This document shows positions 6,430-14,502 of a stretch of 64,000 nucleotides of DNA, piece by piece. Made by a program: the position numbers and the translations under genes. The stretch's first letter is position 1. The number at the start of each line of letters is the position of its first letter. Under the pieces are notes generated by a model, which did not search any database, was not told the origin of the DNA, and saw only the letters and a program-made list of their open reading frames with translations. Source of the stretch: a virus; the IMG/VR virus record IMGVR_UViG_3300045988_125731, positions 1 to 64,000 of that record. One strand, 5' to 3'.

Positions 6430-8078
6430 TATGTTTGTTAAAGTTACAACAGTTCAACATTTTATCTCTTACTTACGAGAGATTAGCTAAGTGTGATTTC
6501 CATTTAGATATTACACTAGATGAAGCGGTGTATAATGATGAAATTATACAACTTGCTGATAATGAAGTGTTAAGAGCAATTAGAAGAATTACTAAACACC
6601 CTTACGACGAACATAAGTTTAAAGATTTATGGAAGTCTAGAGAGATTGTAATTAAACAAAAGAGTGGTAAAGAAAATAAGAGATTAGTTAAAGAACTTAC
6701 TCGCTCAATTGAAAAGATGTTGTATATTCCAGAATATGTGTGTGTTTATACTGAAAAGAAAGCCAAGTATGGAAAGATAGGGAGAAGCGGCTTTTGGATA
6801 AACGGAGTTAAATATAGAAGATTGTTATGTAGTGCGGGACAAGCAAGAACGAATCGAACTATGTTTGTTAGTGAAAAGATTTATAAGGAGCTCCATAACA
6901 TTTTAAAGAATGGGTGCCACGATGTTAAGATTGAACTTGCTAAGTGGAATGCCTATTATAGTTTAACATCATCTGCAACTTTTAGAGTTTCTGAACCAAG
7001 GGTTTGTGTTGTAAAAGATTGTGAAGTTGATAGACTAACTGAAGTTGAGTGGGTTACTGAATATCCTTCTAACGAACAAGAAGATGACATAGACACTAGA
7101 GAGGTAAATTTAAAGTTCAACTTATTTGATGGAATGGGGTTAATTAGTCCTGACAAAGCGATAGAGTGGGCTGGGGAATTAGAATTAGACCACACCCCTA
7201 GTGCATTTATTATAAGAAGTGCATTTGTTAAGGGATTAGTTGCTACGTTTGATTTTCATAAGTTTGCTAGAAAGTTAGAAGAACAAACTGGAGAAACCCC
7301 AATGCTAACTGATATTTATGGAAATCGATATAACCCTTATGAAATTGACATAGTATTATCAGAAAGTCAATTCAAACTTTGGAGAGGTTATAAATCTTGG
7401 GAAGAATACTGTGAGTGTTTAAAGAAAAGTAAAATACATTGGGGAGTAAGTAAGTTTACTCCTAAGATTGAAAAGGATTATATTAGAACTAACTACCAAT
7501 TCTTACAAGTTCTTAATTTAAGCGATGAAGATATTGCTAATTTATGCCAACCTACTATTGATTGGTTAAATGGAATTAAGGGTGGAGATGTAGACCAAAT
7601 GCAATTATATTTGTTAGGTAAGGCTGTAAAAGAGCAAAACCCTGAAAAGTTATGGCAAGGAATACAAGACCATTTTGTAAGAGCGTTGCTTTTAGATAAA
7701 AGATTAATTGCTGACCCCTATATTCAAAGTAGAATAGTTAATTCTCTAAATAAGAGAGTTGAAGAAAGTTACTTTGGAAAAATTTTAATTGCAGGAAATT
7801 ATCAAATAATGGTAAGCGACCCATATGCTTTTTGTGAACATATGTTTGGACTAGAAGTTAAGGGGCTACTTAATAGAAACGAACATTTTTCACATTATTG
7901 GAATCAAAGGGGTGTAAAGGAAGTAGCAGCAATGCGTGCTCCTTTGACTTGGAGAAGTGAAGTTAATTTACTTAATTTACAAAACAATGAAGAAACTAAA
8001 GAGTGGTACAAATATCAAACCGATACAATAGTTTATAATGTATTTGGAGTTGATTGTATGTTGCACGCTGGCTCGGAT
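6426..8078 (+). CDS. exon 1 of a large early protein (about 935 aa after splicing) of unknown function
   Basis: 551 codons open from a TTG start. The frame terminates at a TAA at 8079-8081, right after the proposed 5' splice site. The reading frame resumes at 8417. Confidence 0.55.
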
Positions 8079-8416
8079 TAACAAGACCAAAATAGTCCGC
8101 GTTTGTAGAAATACAGATGGAAAATATCTTTTTGAATTGCTGGGAAATCTTAAAGCTTCTACACCTATATGGAGCGTGAGCAGAAACAAGGTAGAAGATG
8201 GTAAGAAGAGTTTAAATGAAGGGGTCTATGACCTACTCTTCGCCTTAACAATAGATAATCAGCAGGGAAGTCCTAAATGGAAACCTTCAACGACTATCTC
8301 GAAAGAGAGTAGCTAACGCCAAGTGGAAAGACACCTAAACTATTTACAAATAGAATGGTGAAGATATAGTCTAAGCCGACATTATGAGAATGTGTTAAAG
8401 TATTACGAAAGTAACG
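8079..8416 (+). ncRNA. group I self-splicing intron (about 338 nt, no homing-endonuclease ORF)
   Basis: The 5' exon end cggaU(8074-8078) pairs with the internal guide Gtccg (8095-8099), giving a U.G wobble at the splice site. There are an AATTGCTGGGAAA P3/P4-like element (8138-8150), a P7 pairing GACTAT...ATAGTC with the conserved S element AAGATATAGTC (8360-8371), and GNRA tetraloop stems ctcGAAAgag and ttacGAAAgtaa. The terminal G (omega-G) is at 8416. Splicing joins two long open frames without a stop, and local GC is higher. Confidence 0.65.
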
Positions 8417-9571
8417 GTAGAACTGTTTGACGGCGATGTAGTATGCACAACCTCTAACCCTTATATCATCAATGGAAGATATGGGGGTAATCCAGTTTCT
8501 TATGCTGTAAAGAAAGCAGAAAAAGTAGAACTAGATGAAAAACAACTTTATAAAATGGACAAACTAGCCTATAATACTAAAATAGGATTTATCACAAATA
8601 TTTCAACATCTCTTTACGAAATTCAATCTCAATATAAAATTGGTTCTTTAGAGTTTGAAGAAATTAATAAGCGTTTAAAACTTTGTTGTAAACAGCAATC
8701 GGCAACTATTGATAATGCTAAAGGTGTTAAAACAAAAGAATTTCCTAAGTGGTGGTATAAATATAACAACCCAGAAAGATGTACTGAAAATATTAACACT
8801 GTTAATTTTAACAATAGTATCCTAGCAGATAAAAGACCCTACTTTATGAAGTATTTATACCCTAGTTATAAATTAGAATATCGTAAGTTTAGAAAGGACT
8901 TTGACAATTATGGTCTTATTGTATTTGGTAAAACTTACGAAGAAATAAAAGCCGAATACGAAAATTGCCCAACTGCTGAGTATAAAGAGTATTTGGAGTA
9001 TTATAAACAAAAGAATCCGTTGTTAGAAACCAATGGAACTATGAATCGTATTTGTTACTATATGGAAAATCAATTAAAAGATTTTACAAAACTTAATATT
9101 GATAAAACAATCTCTAGTCAAAATATATTCACAATTTTGTTTAATCCTGAATATGAAATTGAAGAAGGTAGTGCTAAGTTTAATCAAATGTTAGACTTGC
9201 TTCGACAATATAATAATTTTAAAGTTAATAAAGCACTTGCTTCTAGCGAGTATAACACTTACGAACAATTTTACAAAAGTTTAAGAAAGCAAGCATTGGA
9301 ACAAATATCTTCTAATATAGAAGAACTTGCAAATTACGCTGTGTATATTTGTTATAGTTACTATCCTAATAAACCGAAAGATTTTTTGTGGGACGTCTTT
9401 GGAAAAGGAATAGTAAAATATTTAATTAGTAAAAATCCACAAGTAGAACTCTTTAAATTAAAGATTGACCCAGAAGAGTTCAATTCTGATGATGTTAAAT
9501 ATTTGTATCAGCATTTTGAAAGAACCACTTTAAATCTTACACAAAAGGAGGAGTTAGTAAATGAGTTATAG
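8417..9571 (+). CDS. exon 2 of the intron-containing large early protein
   Basis: The frame is open from 8399 (stop at 8396-8398) through the annotated Met at 8555 to 9571. The junction reads ...HAGSD|VELFDGDVV... Confidence 0.55.
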   Translation, partial: VELFDGDVVCTTSNPYIINGRYGGNPVSYAVKKAEKVELDEKQLYKMDKLAYNTKIGFITNISTSLYEIQSQYKIGSLEFEEINKRLKLCCKQQSATIDNAKGVKTKEFPKWWYKYNNPERCTENINTVNFNNSILADKRPYFMKYLYPSYKLEYRKFRKDFDNYGLIVFGKTYEEIKAEYENCPTAEYKEYLEYYKQKNPLLETNGTMNRICYYMENQLKDFTKLNIDKTISSQNIFTILFNPEYEIEEGSAKFNQMLDLLRQYNNFKVNKALASSEYNTYEQFYKSLRKQALEQISSNIEELANYAVYICYSYYPNKPKDFLWDVFGKGIVKYLISKNPQVELFKLKIDPEEFNSDDVKYLYQHFERTTLNLTQKEELVNEL

Positions 9572-9797
9572 TATAATTACATCTAACATCTTATGGCTAA
9601 CTATGACCGAAAGTGAAGCTGTTAAATATTCAACAGCGTTGCAACAAAAGGTTTTAGATTATGCTCAAAAAATTAAAGGCGATGGGTGGGAAATATTCGC
9701 TTCGCCACTTACTCCCTATTTTGTAAAAAGAAAGGGACAAATAATCCAGTATGACAAATTTGAAAACTGGCTGAATAAATTAAAGAAAAAGAAATAG
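9561..9797 (+). CDS. hypothetical protein (78 aa)
   Basis: ORF overlapping the upstream stop. No motif. Confidence 0.45.
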   Translation: MSYSIITSNILWLTMTESEAVKYSTALQQKVLDYAQKIKGDGWEIFASPLTPYFVKRKGQIIQYDKFENWLNKLKKKK

Positions 9798-9812
9798 GAA
9801 GGAGTTGTTTAT

Positions 9813-10616
9813 GTGCTTATTTTTAATGAAGAAGAACAATACAAAGAAATATTAAAGAACGGCTTTGCTAAGTTTATTAACATAAGAGACTTAACAATTC
9901 TTTCCAAATTCTTTTTAAAATCGGAAGTTTCTGCAGTTAACTGCAAAAAAGTTGAAAATTCAGAAGTTTTTGCAACGGACTGTCTACAAAGGGTTAAAAA
10001 TAAACTAATCGCATTTTGTACTAATTGGGACAAAGATTTTAGACCTATTAAATATGATGACCGATTAAATAAGGCTATTCAATTAGCAATAGAGAATAAA
10101 CAAATTTATCAAGATACAATTTCTTTTACATCACACGAACTAGATTTCATTCGTGATAGTAATTTAACTCTATGGGAACAAAAGTTATTATTTGTGTTAT
10201 TTACGTTAGCAAAATGGCAACAACACAGATGGATATATTTGAACAGTGATAGTGCTATTCAGATTCGTGATTTAAAGCTCATTTTGGGGCTAAATTTGAA
10301 AGATAGCGATACCCTTGACTTATTACACTCACTATATAAAAAACGCAAAATAATAGTGCTTTTAAAGCCCATTTTAAAGGTTGAAATTAATTATCACGAA
10401 GAACAAAAATATCTTAACCCTATGTCTTATAAACCTTGGCAAGAATTTGGTCAAGAAGATAATAAGGTTTTAGAGTTTAGAATTGGTAGTGATATGAGTT
10501 TATATTTTGATAAAATTATTGGTGAAAAGATTTTTCAATGTGAATGTTGTGGAAAATTGTTTAAACCTGCTGCTAAAGCACGCTACGCTAAGCGATGCCC
10601 AAAATGTACAAAATAA
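9813..10616 (+). CDS. hypothetical protein with a C-terminal zinc-ribbon (CxxC...CxxC)
   Basis: GTG start 8 nt after an AGGAAGGAG RBS. C-terminus reads CECCGKLF...CPKCTK. Confidence 0.5.
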   Translation: MLIFNEEEQYKEILKNGFAKFINIRDLTILSKFFLKSEVSAVNCKKVENSEVFATDCLQRVKNKLIAFCTNWDKDFRPIKYDDRLNKAIQLAIENKQIYQDTISFTSHELDFIRDSNLTLWEQKLLFVLFTLAKWQQHRWIYLNSDSAIQIRDLKLILGLNLKDSDTLDLLHSLYKKRKIIVLLKPILKVEINYHEEQKYLNPMSYKPWQEFGQEDNKVLEFRIGSDMSLYFDKIIGEKIFQCECCGKLFKPAAKARYAKRCPKCTK

Positions 10617-10753
10617 TTCCAATTTTCCATCTTAAATCATCACTTTTTCTCGATGATTACGCGACAAAATATTTTTTCACACTATAGGATAAGAAAGAGA
10701 ACAATGTTTTCGCTCTATCTTATCTTAAATTTATTATAGAAGGGACTGATAAA

Positions 10754-11122
10754 ATGAAGGAAAACAAAACAGACAGAGTGTCCTTGAAAGACATTTATCG
10801 TGAAGTTGCTCAGACAACAAATGTAAGCATTATAGACAGCCGAATTGTGTGTGAGGCTTTCTTAAACATCTTAATGGAAAAGCTTTTAAATTTTGAAACA
10901 GTAACATTAAGCGGTTACTTTTCATTAGAACCAACTGTTCACAAATCTAGACCAGTAGTTCAATGGGGAACTAATAAGGTGGTTACTTCTTGTGAGGCTC
11001 CACAAATTAAGTTCATACCTTGTAAACAACTTAAGCAAAGTTTAAGAGATAGTTGGAAAACTAAAAAAGCTCAATTAACAGCAATAGCAATAGATGACGA
11101 TAATGAAGAGGAGGACGAATAA
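10754..11122 (+). CDS. HU/IHF-family DNA-binding protein (divergent)
   Basis: Alignable by eye to Bacillus HU: VTLSGYFSLE versus IQLIGFGNFE, and IKFIPCKQLKQSL versus PAFKPGKALKDAV. Size is 122 aa. Confidence 0.6.
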   Translation: MKENKTDRVSLKDIYREVAQTTNVSIIDSRIVCEAFLNILMEKLLNFETVTLSGYFSLEPTVHKSRPVVQWGTNKVVTSCEAPQIKFIPCKQLKQSLRDSWKTKKAQLTAIAIDDDNEEEDE

Positions 11123-11123
11123 G

Positions 11124-11402
11124 ATGATTGCGGTTACGGTAGAAGAATTTAGATATTTAGAAAAGAATGAATTGCTTGGCACTTATGTAGTTACAAGAAG
11201 ACAAGGAAAGAGCAAACATAAGAAACATTATGTTGGCGAGGAAAATGCATATATTGTAAATTGGTTACGTAATAATGCTCACAGAACCAAGAACTATAGA
11301 TTAGCACCACCTGCATACATTAAGGAAAAACCGCAAGTTGTAAAGGCTCGAAACATTCGTAGTTATTCAATGAATACAATAAACGCCTATATGGAGGATT
11401 AA
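11124..11402 (+). CDS. hypothetical basic protein (about 92 aa)
   Basis: ATG after a GAGGAGGA RBS. Confidence 0.45.
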   Translation: MIAVTVEEFRYLEKNELLGTYVVTRRQGKSKHKKHYVGEENAYIVNWLRNNAHRTKNYRLAPPAYIKEKPQVVKARNIRSYSMNTINAYMED

Positions 11403-11408
11403 TAAGAT

Positions 11409-12629
11409 ATGAACGAATTAACTCGCCGAGAAGGTGAATCTGAATACGAGTTTTTCAAGAGAATCATCAAAGGCAAACTTGTAGATAAGACTATAACAGC
11501 CGATTGGGAAGACCTTTCTGAACTCCTTTTCGGCGAGGGAAATTGTTTTAACTCTAGCGAAGTTCGTAAAAGAGCTTATGGAGCGAATAGAGCAATTGAC
11601 CTTATAGACAAAGAAGGTCTTGAAAAAGTCCTTTCTGATAGGGTAGAAATTCTAGATGAACTAACCCTAAAAACACAGGAGCTACAAAAGGAACGTATAA
11701 AACTGCAAGATACAAAAACGGCTCTCACATCGTTACTCCGTACTGAAGCGAGAAAAGAAGCCGTACACGAAGCAGTGAAAGAAGCAGTAGATAAGTTACC
11801 ACCATTTGAAACACCAGTAGCTCGTTTTGTACCCCATAATGCAAAAGCAGGTGTACTATGCCTAGCAGACATTCACTTTGGGAAAGAGTTTATATTGTAT
11901 GGTCTTAATGGAGAAGTTATTAATCAATACAATCCTGAAATTGTATATCAACGCTTATGGAAAGTGCGTGATTACGTTTTAGATATTTGTGAAAAAGAAG
12001 AATTAGATGTTATTGACATTGTAGAGTTAGGGGACACTATTCAAGGTGTTTTAAGAATGAGTGACCTTAATAAAGTTAAATATGGAATAGTAGATGCAGC
12101 CATAACTATTGCAAGATTTTTAGCAGTTTGGCTAAATGATATTTCCAAATATGTCAATATTAGATTCACAAAGATTTCAGGAAACCACGAAGAGATTAGA
12201 CCACTTGGAACCAAAAGAGGGGAATTAGAAGAAGAGAATATTAGCAAGATAATTCTAGAAATGATAAGAATATCGTTGGAAAATAACCCTAACGTTACAT
12301 TTACCGAAAATGTAATGTCCGATATATCCTTGCTAAAAGTTGCGGGACTCAATATAGTAGCTACTCACGCCGTAGACAGAGACCGCTTTAAGACAATTAC
12401 AAGCTACGAGGAACAGTACGGAGTAAACATCGATTATATCATAGCGGGGCACGAACACTATGATAATAGTTCTAATGTCGGGAAAGGAAAATACGTAATC
12501 GGTGTTAGGAGCTTGATAGGTACCGACGATTATTCACGAAAGATAAAGAAATCGGCAGATGCTGGTGCTTTATTCTTAGTGTTTAAAGAAAATTATGGGA
12601 AGTATGCCACATATGATATCATAGTGTGA
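11409..12629 (+). CDS. protein with an N-terminal helical/coiled-coil region and a C-terminal calcineurin-like metallophosphoesterase domain
   Basis: Metallophosphoesterase motifs in order: DIH (LADIHFG), GD (LGDTIQG), GNHE (SGNHEE), H (ATHAV), GHxH (AGHEHYD). Confidence 0.65.
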   Translation: MNELTRREGESEYEFFKRIIKGKLVDKTITADWEDLSELLFGEGNCFNSSEVRKRAYGANRAIDLIDKEGLEKVLSDRVEILDELTLKTQELQKERIKLQDTKTALTSLLRTEARKEAVHEAVKEAVDKLPPFETPVARFVPHNAKAGVLCLADIHFGKEFILYGLNGEVINQYNPEIVYQRLWKVRDYVLDICEKEELDVIDIVELGDTIQGVLRMSDLNKVKYGIVDAAITIARFLAVWLNDISKYVNIRFTKISGNHEEIRPLGTKRGELEEENISKIILEMIRISLENNPNVTFTENVMSDISLLKVAGLNIVATHAVDRDRFKTITSYEEQYGVNIDYIIAGHEHYDNSSNVGKGKYVIGVRSLIGTDDYSRKIKKSADAGALFLVFKENYGKYATYDIIV

Positions 12630-12910
12630 GTGAAAATTTTTGCAAGTTTTTTAAGAAATTTTCATAAAACATTTGAGTTTTATTTCATAAACGGCATATA
12701 ATTAAGTGTAACTAAAAAATAAAAAAGAAAAACAAATGGTAACCTCTATTTTCTATTAATTTCTATTTTTTATTTTATGTGTATTCTATTAACATCTAAT
12801 TTGAGTTACCATTAAATTTTCTAGAGTTACAAGTTTTACTCTCTAAGTATTGGGAACACTTAGTGAGGTGGGGCGAGTATCGCATATTACGGCAAAAGCG
12901 AGAATCGTGT

Positions 12911-12992
12911 GGAACGTTCGTGTAGCTAAGACCTATTCGGGCGTTCTTTTTTACCTACATAGAGTAATGTCTGTGTAGGTAATTTTTATTTT
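12911..12992 (+). terminator. two tandem terminator-like hairpins inside a GC-rich structured segment upstream of the packaging genes
   Basis: GGAACGTTCG...CGGGCGTTC followed by TTTTTT (12911-12952). ACCTACA...TGTAGGT followed by aatttttatttt (12953-12992). Confidence 0.4.
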
Positions 12993-13005
12993 GGAGAGAT
13001 GTAAA

Positions 13006-13467
13006 ATGAAAAAATTTAAAAATATATTATTAAAGATTTTATTATTCTTAGTTAACATTTCTTGGTGCTTGCCACAAAACATAGTTGGGTTGGTAGTTTG
13101 GCTTTATTTAAAAGTTACTGGTCGAATTAAATTTGTAGAATTTGTTGATTACCCTGATGGAAGTACTATTAAGTCTTATACCTGGACAATACAAAGTGGT
13201 AGTATGTCAGTTGGTGAATTTAGGTTTATGTATGACTATAGAGCAGAATCCACTTATAAAACAGTTTTAGCACACGAATATGGTCATACCTTGCAATCTT
13301 ATTTGCTTGGCTGGTTATATTTGCCAGTAATTGCTATACCTAGTATTTTATGGTGTAGTTGGATAAGTAATTGGAAATGTAATATTGGAAAAGAATATGA
13401 TACTTTTTATACTGAAAAATGGGCAACTGCTCTAGGAGAATCATATTTATATCCAAAAGAGAAATAA
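13006..13467 (+). CDS. small membrane protein with an HExxH zinc-metallopeptidase-like motif
   Basis: Hydrophobic N-terminal segments. HEYGH within LAHEYGHTLQ. ATG at 13006 follows a GGAGAG RBS. Confidence 0.5.
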   Translation: MKKFKNILLKILLFLVNISWCLPQNIVGLVVWLYLKVTGRIKFVEFVDYPDGSTIKSYTWTIQSGSMSVGEFRFMYDYRAESTYKTVLAHEYGHTLQSYLLGWLYLPVIAIPSILWCSWISNWKCNIGKEYDTFYTEKWATALGESYLYPKEK

Positions 13468-13510
13468 TAAAGTTTTATTGTAGAATTATTATTATAGAAA
13501 GGAGGGAGTT

Positions 13511-14500
13511 ATGGGACGTTCAATTATTAGAAAACCTGCTGCTCCAGTTATTAAAACTCCTAAAGAACCTAAAGAGACTTATAGATGTATTAAGTGTCAA
13601 AAGGATTTAGCGGCGAGTAAGTTTTATACATTTACGCCAGATGGTAGAATAACACCTTATTGTAAAGAATGTTTAATTCGAATGTGTTTAAATACAAAAG
13701 GAGAGTTTGATTATTCTTTATTAAAAGAAGCAATGCAATTAGTTAATAAGCCAGTTCTTTATTCTAAGTTTATAGAACTTAAAAGTGATAAAGATTTAAC
13801 CGAAGTAGAAAAAGCTCAAAGATATTTCCATTTTCTTACTTTAAAAATTAATCAAAACTTAACTTGGCTAGACAGTAAAGATGAAACTTATATTGATTCT
13901 ATTCAAGTTGCTAAGATAAAAGCAGGCGTAGAAGAAGCACCTGCGGCTCTTTGTGTTGATGATGAATTAACTTACAAATGGCACACTAGCGATAAAGAAA
14001 AAATTAATTGGCTAGAGAGAGAGTTTAAGGAATGGGCAACTTCTTATGTAGTAGAAGGTAAAGCACAAAGAGAATTGGTACAACAAATATGTTTGTTAAA
14101 ATGGGATATTGCTTCTTATCAACGTCGTGGGTTAGAAGTACCAGATGCTTTGTATAAGAATTTATCAAAACTACTTGGGGACGCTGGTCTTAAACCTATT
14201 CAAGAAACTGAAAACGGAGCCGACATAGGTCAAAGTTTTGGTATGATGATAAAGATGATAGAAGAAAATGAACCTATTTTACCTTTAACTACTCCTGATT
14301 GGTTTGATGAACTGCAATTAACTATTACAGGACAAATTGCTAAGATGATGGGTCTTCATAATAGCGTTACGCAAAAATATGAGGAATATTTGTCTGGCTA
14401 CTCTGTGAAAGAAATTGAAGCGTTATTCAATGATACCGAAGATGAAAGTGATATAATGCTTGAAGAAGAACTTGAAGATAAACTTGCTGGAGAACAATAA
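13511..14500 (+). CDS. putative terminase small subunit (by position), with an N-terminal zinc-ribbon
   Basis: Lies immediately upstream of the terminase large subunit. Contains CIKC...CKEC and an acidic C-terminal tail. Confidence 0.4.
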   Translation: MGRSIIRKPAAPVIKTPKEPKETYRCIKCQKDLAASKFYTFTPDGRITPYCKECLIRMCLNTKGEFDYSLLKEAMQLVNKPVLYSKFIELKSDKDLTEVEKAQRYFHFLTLKINQNLTWLDSKDETYIDSIQVAKIKAGVEEAPAALCVDDELTYKWHTSDKEKINWLEREFKEWATSYVVEGKAQRELVQQICLLKWDIASYQRRGLEVPDALYKNLSKLLGDAGLKPIQETENGADIGQSFGMMIKMIEENEPILPLTTPDWFDELQLTITGQIAKMMGLHNSVTQKYEEYLSGYSVKEIEALFNDTEDESDIMLEEELEDKLAGEQ

Positions 14501-14502
14501 TT

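Noticed and set aside
7130-7160. RT-like motif DGMGLISP (resembles the QGxxxSP motif of reverse transcriptases)
   Set aside because: No YxDD or any other RT motif follows. This is an isolated short match.
8038-8316. 92-aa plus-strand ORF from the track
   Set aside because: It lies almost entirely inside the group I intron, in a different frame from both exons.
12842-12950. Possible tRNA or tmRNA-like gene in the GC-rich stretch before terS
   Set aside because: No T-arm or anticodon-arm geometry. The hairpins look like terminators or a cos/pac site instead.
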